NCBI RefSeq assembly: GCF_036321535.1
Contig: NC_087436.1
Coordinates: forward strand, 11,284,001-11,348,000
DNA from: Camelus dromedarius
Taxonomy: Eukaryota
Direction of reading: 5' to 3'
Length of the DNA stretch: 64,000 nucleotides
Below the pieces are notes generated by a model. The model did not search any database and was not told the DNA's origin. It worked only from the letters and a program-made list of their open reading frames with translations. The stretch's first letter is position 1; the number at the start of each line of letters is the position of its first letter. Below, piece by piece: positions 53,401 through 64,000 of the stretch. The position numbers were made by a program, and so were the translations under genes.

Positions 53401-55461
53401 GCTGTTTGGTGTGAGGAAAACGGGGGGTGTTGAGGGAGTGGGGTGGTGGCCACCGTTTAGGTACTGTGACCACACAGTGCCTACCTTGGTGGGCCTTTTA
53501 AGCCTTGTTTCCCACGAAGCAGTGGTTCACACGTGGCCCCGGGCCCGCAGCATCCCCTGGGAACGTCTTAGAACTACCAGAGGGCGGCTGAATCGGAAAG
53601 TGGCCCTGTGACTTAGCAGGCTTTTGCCTAGACTTACAGGTAGTTATGATGCCAGCTAAGGTTTGAGAACTATTTTCTTAAAACAGTAAAGGACCAGTAG
53701 ACTGTTTTAAATTGGAAGATGAAAGGATTATATTGTATATGGAAAGATCAGTTTAGCTACAGAGTTAGGGAATTGATTGGAGGCTCCGTTGTGTTTCGGA
53801 GTAGAAAAGGGCTCGTAATCCAGGGAGAGACGTGGTGGCTTGAAATAGGGTGGTAACAGTGCATACGAAGCTGGTTCTGTGCACCTCACGGTCTGTGTAC
53901 TTAAGGGCTTGATTCTGAGAAGCTAGGAAGACTGGTTTGTGTGTATGCTGGGAAAAGAAAACACAGTAATACTGGAGTGATTGAGTACCTTATCATAGTC
54001 CTTGTACTGTGCTAGAGTCCTTTTTTATACATACTTTCTTAAAAGTTTTTTTTTTTCTTCTGATTTTGGTTTTCCTGTTAAGGTCTGCAATTTACTAGCT
54101 GTGTGACATTGGCAAGATGCTTAAAACTTCCTTCAGCCTCCATTTTCTAATCTCTGACCACCCCCAATCCCATTCGCCCCCCCCCCCCCCCCATCTTCCT
54201 TAGCCTACTCAGAAGTACCAATTTGAAAGTATTAGGCAAGGATTGGAAGTCACCGAAGCCTTGGCTCGTAGCTATCATAATGTGGCATGGGCAGGTAGGG
54301 AGATTGGCTTGGAGGAGACTGTGTGCAAGTTAATGCCTTTACTAGTCATTGAGGATTTAGAAACTACAGGACACATAGCAGCTTTTAGGTTAAATGTCGG
54401 TGCTTTTTGTATGCTAATCAATACACGTACATACGTGTGTGTATATATGTAATATATAATGTAATGAAGTGTGAAATGTTACGGTCTAAGTATGTGGATT
54501 TGGCTAGATTTCTAAGAGCTTTTGAGATTTTTTAAGATGGTGTTAGAACTTTTTATCGTACGTGTGTTAAATGCCAGGCACTGTGACATGTGCCTTACGT
54601 TATTTTCTCATTTAATGATTACAGTGTGAGATAGTATTATTTCTCACTTAGTGAAAAGAAAACTGAACCTTAGAAATTTTAATTTGGCAGGGACATATAG
54701 CTAGTTAAGTGGCGTGGTTGGATGCAAACCCAGTTCTCTCAGGTGTTGCTACCTCTCAGTTTGTGTTTATCTGTTTTCAGTTATAAGGCTGGAGTCAGTA
54801 AACCCCTGTTTTTTCACCTTAAAAATTTTTGGAATATGTTATCAAATGTGAATAAATGTGAACATATCAAATATGAAAAATACAAGGTGCTTTGAAATAG
54901 AAGTAGAGGGAAGCAGAGAATACTGCGGGCATATGAAGAAGGGGCAGTAGGCAGTACAACGTAGTGATTGAGTATCGTTTCAGTGGTTATGCCAATTAAT
55001 GTGGTGTTGTATGAGTGTATTCAAAGGATTGTAAACTCAGCTTTTACACTTCAAACCGAGGAAAATAGCTCCTCATCAGATTGTTCTCAAAGTTTAATTG
55101 AATCAATGATTTAATGAAAGAGCCTTAGTAGTGCCTGATACATGATAAACCATCCTAGAGAACCTTTCTCTTGGGCTGAGTCTCCCTAAGGAGCAAAAAT
55201 CAGTCCCAAGAAGTGAGAAAAGAGTAGTCTAAGCAGTGAGTGGTTGCAAAGAGGAAGGAGAGCATGACACCTCTGTTAAAAAATAAATGAATAAATAAAA
55301 ACCAAGTACTTTGTGGCACCATAGCCAGATGGAGATAATGAGGTATGAAGGACTCTGAATTGTAAGCTAAAAGGTGGAGCACTTGTCCTGACTTTCTTTG
55401 GTGAGTTGTTGACAGGTTTAAATGAGGGGAAGATTGAATCAGCTTAAAAAATAAAGGTTTG

Positions 55462-55545
55462 TGGGGAGGGTATAGCTCAGTGGTAGAGTGTGTCCTTAGC
55501 ATGCCTGAGGTCCTGGGTTCAATCCCCAGTACCTCCATTAAAAAA
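55462..55545 (+). mobile_element. vic-1-like SINE in the TRIM60-like intron
   Basis: GGGGAGGGTATAGCTCAGTGGTAGAG..GGTCCTGGGTTCAATCCCCAGTACCTCCATTAAAA. Confidence 0.88.
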
Positions 55546-56324
55546 GTAAAGGCTTGAGGGATAAATTATATCAAGAAGCAATAGGCAAATAAAGAACTTG
55601 GGATAATCTACAGGACAAAGGTGGAGACAGGGGAATACTATTCTAGATTGAAAGGTATTCAAGAGAACTATTAAGCAAATGCAATGGGTGGGCCACGTTT
55701 CAGTCCAGATTCAAATAAATAGATCCTTATTGGCCAAGAACAGTGGACATATATTAAGTGTAATTTATATGGTGTCCTTATTTTCAAAAGTTACTATAAT
55801 TCTTATATATAGGTCATAAAAATGGGATTCAAAAAAAGGTACATGACTTTTCTTGAAGATACACAATAAGTAGCTGAACCAGGATTCAAACCTAGTATCC
55901 TTCTAAAAATGTTAGTCTTTCCATTGTGAAACACTGCCTCCCATAGCATGTTGCTATGATAGCTTTTGCTTATGCAGGTACAAGACAGTCAAGCCTTGAG
56001 TTTGGGATACTTTACAGAGAATTTCTAGAACTACTGCATTTTTCCTATTCTGCTGGTAGGAAAAGAAAGTCTGTAGTAAAAGAACTTACTAGGTCACCAC
56101 GGCAAAGCCAGTTTCAAAGGTCAAAACCATGCCCATATTATTCTGTCTTCGTGTTGTGAAGAAGAAAAGTTGAGAAAGTGTCTGTTAGTTCCTGGAGAAG
56201 GGAAAGAATACTGTGTTGATGATAAGCTTACAGGAATTTGATTTGCTTAAAAATTGGGTGTATCTTGAAAACAAGCCAAGAAATTTTCCCCCTACCTCTT
56301 TTTTGGTCCAGGGAGTATAGCATC

Positions 56325-57090
56325 TTTTTTTTTTAAATTGAAGTATAGTTGATTTACAGTGTTTCAGGCATAGAGCAAAGTGATTCAGTTATATATATAT
56401 AACTGAATATATATATATATGTTATTTTTCAGATTCTTTTCCATTATATGTTATTATAAGATACTGAATGTAACTCCTTGTGCTATATGGTAGGTTCTTA
56501 TTGTTTATGTTTTATACATAGCAATGTGTATCTGTTAATCCCAAATTTATCCCTACTCCCCTTTCCCCTTTGGTAACCATAAGTTTGTTTTCTGTATCTG
56601 TGAGTCTTTGTTGTGTAAATGAGTTCCTTTGTATCTTTTTTTTAGATTCCACATATAAGTGATATATGATATTTGTCTTTGGCTTCACTTAGTATGATAA
56701 TCTCTAGGTCCATCCATGTTGCTGCAAATGGTATTATTTCATTCTTTTTTATGGCTGAGTAATATATATATATACACACACCCACATATATACCACATCT
56801 TCTTATCCAGTTGTCTGTCGATGGACATTAGGTTGCTTCCATGTCTTGCTTATTGCAAATAGTGCTGCTGTGAATATTGGAGTGTGTGTATCTTTTCAAA
56901 GTAGAGTTTCCTCTGGGTATATGCCCAGGAATGGGGTTGCTGGATCATATAGTAACTCTATTTTTTTGTTTTTTAAGGAACCTCCATAGTGGCTGCACCA
57001 ATTTACATTCCCACCAACAGTGTAAGAGTTTTTTCTTTTCTTCACACCCTCTCCAGCATTTATTATTTGTAGACTTTTTGATGATGGCCC
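56325..57090 (-). mobile_element. L1 3' end and ORF2 C-terminus
   Basis: Poly-T, ATTGAAGTATAGTTGATTTAC..CATCCATGTTGCTGCAAATGG..CATTCCCACCAACAGTGT..CCCTCTCCAGCATTTATTATTTGTAGAC. Confidence 0.88.
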
Positions 57091-57913
57091 CCTAACTTTT
57101 TATTTTGAAAGTTTCATACCTACAGAAAAGTTGAAAGGATATGCAGTGAACATAAAGATACCTTTTGCCGGGATTCACCAATTGTTAGCCTTTTGCTATA
57201 TAGTTGCCTTTTCTCTATGTATATATACCTTTTAAAATTATTGAACCTTCTTAAAGTAAGTTGCAGCCATTGGGTCCCCACCTCCACTCCCACCACTGCA
57301 GTTTTATCTCTTAAGAACAAGGACATTTTACTTCTTACTTATAAATAATATGATAAATTAAACGCAATTTAGTACTCATACAATGTTATATGCGATACAG
57401 TCCATACTAAAATGCTCACATTTTTCCCCAAAGTGTTCTTTTAGTTTAGTTTAGTCTAATTTTTTATTTTATATCCCAGATTCATCAGATTGTGCATCAT
57501 ATTTTATTGTCATATTTCTTTAGTCTTAAATCTAGAATCTTTTTTTTTTGCCTTTTCACGACATTGACATTTTTGAGGAACGCATACCAATTTTCTTGTA
57601 AATGCCCCACAATCTAAATTAGACTTACTGTTTTCTTGTGATTAGATTGAGATAGAATATTTTATAGGCAGTTTTGTGTGCTTCCCATTGCATCATATCA
57701 GGAAGCACATAGAGTCAATTTGTGCCATAGTTTGTTGTTGTTTTTGATTAATAAGGAATGTGAGCTGAATGTCTACAACTGTAAATTCCCATTTTTTTCC
57801 ATGTACCTCCATCTAACAAGTTTAGCATTCATTGATGATTCTTGTGCGAATGTTTTAATACATTGGTGGTTGTGGGACCATATTTTTAACTTAATGTCTT
57901 TTCTCACCCATAG

Positions 57914-58254
57914 GAAGGATTCCTTGCCTTGGACCTAAGACTACTTTCTTACACTAGAAAGCCATTGAACTTGACTTCACATGAGTGGGAAGAGCAGTGG
58001 CCCAGCTACTGTGTTCTAGTGTGCAGTAGACTGCAGCCTGTGGAGTTGGAGTCTTCTTGGCAACAGACTCTGGAGCTAAGGGAGAGGGAAGTAGTCTGTA
58101 GAGGCTGCCATCAACATACCAAGCCATTAAAGCTGAAAGCTGGTCCGTTTGTGAGGTCTGGGGGAAGACATCCACTGCTCACTGGGTCTTGAGCACCAGA
58201 GACCCAGTCTTACTAAAGGGCTCATTACCTGACCACTTCTGTTCACGTGGTTCC
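57914..58254 (+). other. Candidate 5'UTR exon segment of the TRIM60-like gene
   Basis: Acceptor TCTTTTCTCACCCATAG|GAAG ending at 57913, followed by unique sequence up to the ATG. Confidence 0.5.
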
Positions 58255-59676
58255 ATGGAGTTTGTGACAGCCCTGGCAGACCTCCAGGCAGGGGCGAGCT
58301 GCCCCATCTGTCTGGACTACTTGAAAGACCCAGTGACTATCATCTGTGGGCATAACTTCTGTCGGTCCTGTATTGATATGTCCTGGAAGGATCTAAATGA
58401 TACTTTCCCCTGCCCTTTTTGCAGATTTTGCTGTTCAGAAAGGAAATTGATGCGCAATCTCCAGCTGGGCAATTTGATTGAAATTGCTAAGCTGCTCCAG
58501 ATGAGAAAAAGCAAGAGGAAGAGGCAGGAAGAGAAGCTTATGTGTGAAAAGCACAATCAGGTTTTGATTTTTTTCTGTCAGAAGGACCGAGAGGTTTTAT
58601 GTCCACAGTGCAGTTTCTCCACTGATCACCGGAATCACTACATTTGGCCCATAGAAAAAGCTGCCCCCTATCACAGGAAAAGATTGGAGCGTTGCACTGA
58701 GCTTTGGAAGGAGAGAATGGAGCAAGCTGAAAAAGTAATAACTATGCAAACCAGAAAATCATTGGAACTGAAGAAGAAAGTGGAATATAGGAGAGAAGAA
58801 ATAAAGGCTGAATTTGAGCAACTTGTGTTGTTTCTCCAAAATGAGCAAAAGACTGTTCTTCGGCAATTACAAGATGAAGAAATGGATATTTTAACAAAAC
58901 TAAATGAAAATCTAACAAAATTTTCAGATCATGTTTCCATATTAAAATATCTATTAAAGGAGATAGAGAGCAAATATGTGAAGTCAGAACTGGAATTACT
59001 GGCAGATGTTAAAAATATCTACCATAGGTATAGAACCATAGAGTCTCCTGAACCTTTTTCATTCCAGTTGAAAGAATATGGTTACAGTCTTCCTCCACAG
59101 TATTCTGGCCTAAACAAAATTATCAAGCAGTTTCAAGTAGATGTAGTTCTAGATCCTGAAACAGCACATCGTAAACTTATTGTCTCAGAAGATAGGAAAA
59201 CTGTGCATTATGGAAGTAAAATGAAAAGCTTATCTCGTAACCCGAGGAAATTTTATCTCTGCCCAGCTGTTCTGGGTTCTCAGGGCTATAGTGCTGGCAG
59301 GCATTATTGGGAGGTAGAAGTGAAAGACAAGCCTGAATGGATCGTGGGTGTCTGTGAAGACTCGCTTCCCAGAAGGAGAAAGAGTCAGAATCAGTGGATT
59401 TTAGTACAGGATGGATTATGGGGTATTGGACGATGCAGTCAGAGTAATTATGTTGCATTGGGCCCTAAAAAAATTAATCTTCTGCCAAGAGTAACACCCA
59501 GTAAGATTGGCGTGTTTTTGGACTATGATTTGGGTGAGGTTTCCTTTTACAATTTGAGTGATAGAGCTCTTCTCTATATTTTTAGTGATTGTTTTACAGA
59601 AGCACTTTGGCCTTATTTCTATACTGGAACTGACTCTAAACCTCTTAAAATCTGTACAGTAGCAGATTCTGAATGA
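58255..59676 (+). CDS. TRIM60: TRIM60/TRIM61-family E3 ubiquitin ligase (RING, B-box2, coiled-coil, PRY/SPRY), 473 aa, intronless CDS
   Basis: ATG at 58255 (MEFVTALADL...). RING CPIC..CGH..CRSC..CPFC; B-box CEKH..C..CPQC..HRNH; B30.2 motifs LDPETAH, GRHYWEVEV, IGVFLDYD. C-terminus WPYFYTGTDSKPLKICTVADSE is TRIM60-like. The N-terminal half looks closer to human TRIM61, so the paralog assignment is uncertain. Confidence 0.9.
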   Translation: MEFVTALADLQAGASCPICLDYLKDPVTIICGHNFCRSCIDMSWKDLNDTFPCPFCRFCCSERKLMRNLQLGNLIEIAKLLQMRKSKRKRQEEKLMCEKHNQVLIFFCQKDREVLCPQCSFSTDHRNHYIWPIEKAAPYHRKRLERCTELWKERMEQAEKVITMQTRKSLELKKKVEYRREEIKAEFEQLVLFLQNEQKTVLRQLQDEEMDILTKLNENLTKFSDHVSILKYLLKEIESKYVKSELELLADVKNIYHRYRTIESPEPFSFQLKEYGYSLPPQYSGLNKIIKQFQVDVVLDPETAHRKLIVSEDRKTVHYGSKMKSLSRNPRKFYLCPAVLGSQGYSAGRHYWEVEVKDKPEWIVGVCEDSLPRRRKSQNQWILVQDGLWGIGRCSQSNYVALGPKKINLLPRVTPSKIGVFLDYDLGEVSFYNLSDRALLYIFSDCFTEALWPYFYTGTDSKPLKICTVADSE

Positions 59677-59947
59677 TGGACTATTGTAAGACTCTTAAAT
59701 GTTTTTTTTTTTTTTGTCAGTGACTGGACAAAACTAAGCTAGTGAACCTAGTCTCAGCAATTCTTTATTTAATTTTAGTTTTTCCTGTAAACAACTAGAA
59801 CAGTTTTTCTCAGTTTTAGAAACTTCTAAAGAGTGTGGTTATAATGCCTACCTTACAGATAAATTATGGGATCCAATTGGAAAGTGCTTTAGAAATCTAA
59901 GATGAAATACTTATGAAATACATTACTTTAGAAGTTCACTAATTGTC

Positions 59948-59953
59948 AATAAA
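59948..59953 (+). terminator. Candidate polyadenylation signal of the TRIM60-like gene (second AATAAA at 60007)
   Basis: AATAAA about 270 nt after the stop codon, followed by T-rich downstream sequence. Confidence 0.55.
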
Positions 59954-61379
59954 AGTCCAGTAATTTTTTTCTGTATTAATTGCCTACTTTTTTTTTTTCC
60001 TTAAAAAATAAACCTCTTTTAAAGTCATACAGGACCAACTGCTGTGTGAAGGTAGCCACATTCAACTTTCATCTCTTTACCTCAATATTTCTCAGTAACA
60101 TGTTTCCTTCTAATTCTGTGTCTGTCTTTCTCAATCTTCACTTAGTACTACTGAAGATGGGGTGGTGCCCCCACTATGTACATGCATCATATACTTAAAT
60201 ATACGCATACAATCAGAAGGTAATCTTCGCTTTTTTCCCGTTTGGACTACATGTCCTTAGCTCCGTTTAGCTGCCATCCTTGACCCATTTGGGGAACTGA
60301 CCTTTTTTCCCAGAATCCCTGTTGGTTTCTGTGTTTTCCTCCTCAGGCTAACTCTACTCAGGGAACCACAGTTTTCAGTAGATCACAGATAGGTTAAATT
60401 CAGAAGAACTTGTATCATCAAAAAAGACTTAAGTTTTTGATGAGATTGTGTTGAGTTTTTAGACCAATTTGGGGAGGATTGACATCTTGATATCAAGGCT
60501 TCTAACCCATGAACTCACTTATTTGGGTCTTTTAACTTCTCTCTGCAGTATTTTGTAGCTTTTTCATTGTACATGCCCTTAATGTCTTCTGTCAGGTTAT
60601 CCTTAAGTAGATCCATTGGACTTTATGCAGAGTTATTATGTCATCAGCAAATACATTTTAAATTCTCTAACAATCTAGGTACTTTTTCTTGCCTGATCAC
60701 AGTGGCTGGGACCTCCAGTACAACGTTGATTCTTGACATATTTTATGATTGGTTTTACCCTTCATTTTATTGCTCATATTTGCTCAGTTTCTGTACTTCT
60801 TTTTTCTGTTGTTACTTCTGTTACTTTTGATACCTCCTGTTCCTTCACATAAAATAATGCTGTCAGTGGTACCTAGTGATTTCCCCACTGGTGGATGTTT
60901 GTTTAGCCCATATGTAACTTCTGCAAACAATGTACAAGGAATGCATACACTAGATTATTATTCCAGTATTCTCATTTGTCTCCCTGGTTCTATCCTTGCT
61001 CCCTACAGTCTGTCAGCAACACTGCAGCCGAGCGATCCTTTGAAAACAAATGTGCCACTTCCGTGCTCAAAACCCACCAAGCACTTGGTGGCCCCTACGG
61101 TTATATCACAGACACTGCTACAGTGTCTGGGCCCCTGCTACTCCTTTTCTTGTTTCCTATCACTCGTTCTTTGCTCTGCTCCAACCACTCTTAGCAACTT
61201 GCTGTTTCCATAGGCCAGGGGTGATTCTTCCTTATGGCTTTGCACCTGCCATTCCCTCTGCTTGGAACACTCTTTTATCTGACATCTGCACAGCTGCTTT
61301 AAGTTGCTATCCCTTCCTCAGTGTTGTCTGTCACAGATCCCTGCTTTGTTTCCCTTCATAGCAATTAGTGCTTACCCTT

Positions 61380-61950
61380 TTTCAAACTAATAAGTTGCTC
61401 CCCATGGTTCTTTCAATAGGAAACCAGTGATTTCTTTTAATGTAGCTAATTAAGTTGACAATTAGAGAAAGGTTTTTCTCTCTGGCAATAGAAATGTCAT
61501 ATGGGCCCTCTTATTAACTGTAGAAACTATAGAATGGACAAACTGATATGATCATATAACAGATACTCAGCAGCAATTTTAAAAATAGACAAAGTTACAC
61601 GTATCAGAATCTCAATATAACATTTAGAGAAAATAGCAAGCCATAGGGAAATCTGTTGTATGTTTCCATTTATAGGAAGCCCCAAATCAGGCAAAACTAA
61701 ATTTATTAATGATACATATGACAACCACAAAGAAAAGCAAACAAGGGATGCAACACAAAATTCAGGCTAGTGATTACTCTGGGTTCCAGGGAGGAAATGG
61801 AATGCAATTGAGGAGGGGTACAGAAGGACTTGAAACCACAGGTATATTTCTTAAGTTGAATGGTAGACACTTGAGTATGGTATTTTTCCTTTAAACTGCA
61901 CATATACATTATTTACACAAATTTATTATCTACCGTGTATGTTATAAAAG
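61380..61950 (+). mobile_element. Ancient L1 (L1ME-like) 3' region
   Basis: AGAATGGACAAACTG..ATACTCAGCAGCAAT..TTCCATTTATA..AGGCAAAACTAA motifs. Confidence 0.55.
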
Positions 61951-64000
61951 GACCAAAACCAATTTGATTTTGCACAGTTACTGCTCTTCTCAATAGGTAA
62001 CAGTAACTGTCAATAGTCATGAGTGTGGCAATGGCACACATCTAAGCAGGGCAGGGTGTTGTAACAGGAGTGCAGGGGAACCTGTGGTGGTCACGGTGGT
62101 CCAGAGTCTCCAGGAAGCACAAGGAAGTTGCTGAAGCCCCACAGAGATGTTCCTGGGGCACTCATAGGAGCACTTAACGGATTCCAACTTTGACAGATTC
62201 TAGAGCCCTCATTGGAAGGGGCCTCATTAAAGGTGGGCTGATTTGCAAGTAACACTATGAATGGCCTTGAGTAAGACTGATAAACGAAGAATATATTGCC
62301 TCCAAAACCCAAAAAGGCCTAAAAGACATTGGGCTTGTTTCCACATCGTGGGTTTTGAGAGGGTCAACAGTTACTTCTCAACAGTGTCAGGGATAGCGGT
62401 GCTCTCAGTTTACCAAGTAATTGTCAGGAAATTAACCAAGACTGAGTGTTCAAATGATTCTCTGAAGAAGGGCATCAGAAATGTAAATCAACTGTACTCC
62501 CAGAGAAAGCTGGATGAAGTGAAAATCTTGCCCCCACACACTGCCTGCCCTAGCAAGGTTGTTGAAGTTCCTGGGATTGCCTGGTATCCTGCTGTAAGTA
62601 AAGGAAAATTACGGCTGGGAAGCTGTTGAAATAAGCTCTGATTAGAACATACTGGCCAAACGTATAACAGTCAGATATTTACCAGTTGCTGATTGGATGG
62701 AACCAGTAATTAGACAATACTGGGTGAGAACACAGCATTTAGGTTGTGGTCATTCACTGTGAGATACCCTCTTCTCAAGTTAAAAAACAGGCAAAATTTA
62801 AGTAAAACAAAAGCAGTGGGGATAATTAAACTTTACCCAAAATAGATCTTGCACAGTGAATTTCAAAATGTTGAAATTCCATGGGATCCCATTTTGTGAA
62901 GCCAATTTGTAGGTGCCAACGGTTCGATTTAATTTTTATCTATTTCTCACGGTTTAGATCAGCCATGCCTTCTCTTGGACAGTTTATGACAATATGTGCT
63001 ATGAACTGGGGGAATTCAGGCACGGCCACAGTTCCCATGGATAAGATGCTGCATACCTCTTTGATGTCCACTTTATGTTCAGTAACGTACTAACATCGTT
63101 GGGGGCACCGGGTTTTAACTTAGTGGGAGCACAAAAGAGAATCTCACACTTTTAAGTTTTTCGTTCAAAAAATTGAGTATATCATGGATTTCCAATTAGG
63201 TCAAATTGTGGACCTCTTTTCTAGTTGTTTCCTCCTCAGGTTTCCATCTTTCTTCCTTCTGTGTTCCCCTCCCCCCACCCAACCCTGGGAGGGGACACCA
63301 TTAAGGCTGGGCTGATTCGCAAGCAAAGGCATAAAAGCTCAAAGTGTATGCTTGCTTTGGGGCAGCAGAGCCAGTCTGAAGCCAAACCAGAGGAGAAATG
63401 CCTGCCCAGAGTGCCAAATGTTAGGACTAGGGTCTGTGGCCAGGGTGGGTCCTCGCCCAAAATCTGGTTCAGTGTGGGCGGGACTGATGATGCCACACAT
63501 ACCAGAAGAATATGAAAACGTTTATTATTCCCACAATAAGGTTTATGGGGTGACCACAGTGGTTACCAAGTAGGTGCAAGATGAATGAGAGAGAAGGGAG
63601 ACTAACTTGGGGTTTTGTTTTATTTTGCTGGTTACTGGGTGGGGCTGGTGTGAGGGTTCTGGCACTACTGGGGTCCTGCTTGCTTTGAAGCTCCCCCTGC
63701 ACACAGACTTTCTTATCAGCTCTCCCAGGTGTGGGGGAAAGGAATAAAGAAAGGTGAGTCCTAAAAGTCTGGATGCAGACACCACTTCTATCTTAAACAT
63801 ACCGGGAAACACAGTGTGGAGCCCTCAGTTCCTCGCTCCCGACACTTGCAGAAAAGCAAGAGACCCACTGAAAAGTGTCCCCGCACAATTGTCTTCTCTC
63901 CCACCTGGAACGCGTAAGGTGCTTATAAAACAGGTAAAGTGCAGGTAGACGAAACATGCAAATGTTCACAAGTTTATTGCAGCTGTGAAACTACAGTTTC

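Noticed and set aside
52632..53611. Several ORFs over the CpG island
   Set aside because: Expected by-product of stop-codon scarcity in GC-rich promoter DNA.
55978..56055. Possible extra 5'UTR cassette exon of the TRIM gene (TATGCAG|G...CTG|GTAGGA)
   Set aside because: Splice-like motifs only, with no independent support.
58189..58254. 22-aa N-terminal extension of the TRIM ORF in the ORF track
   Set aside because: It starts at TTG; the family-typical start is ATG 58255 (MEFVTAL).
60749..61213. 154-aa ORF and overlapping ORFs
   Set aside because: No recognisable domain, non-ATG start, and low-complexity or old repeat-like sequence.

Overview
This is mammalian genomic DNA, very likely from a camelid, judged by many copies of a tRNA-derived SINE resembling camelid vic-1. 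It is syntenic with the human 4q32.3 APELA-TRIM61/TRIM60 region. The main signal is missing from the ORF track: a spliced 54-aa secreted peptide-hormone gene, APELA (ELABELA/Toddler, an apelin-receptor ligand). Its coding exons lie at 26953-27028 and 28387-28475, with a probable 3'UTR-only exon from 45338. APELA is a known gene, not a new system, although it is easily missed. A second gene, a TRIM60/TRIM61-family RING-Bbox-CC-PRY/SPRY E3 ligase with an intronless CDS (58255-59676), has a CpG-island promoter near 53.0-53.4 kb. APELA intron 2 holds a cluster of retroposed sequences (L1 5' piece, ANKRD26-family retrocopy fragment, RPL32 processed pseudogene) and a candidate forkhead/TCF enhancer. 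The rest is L1, SINE, MIR, MaLR/ERV LTR and MER5-type repeats. Comparisons with human and mouse sequences are from memory and need confirmation by alignment. Most repeat boundaries are approximate.
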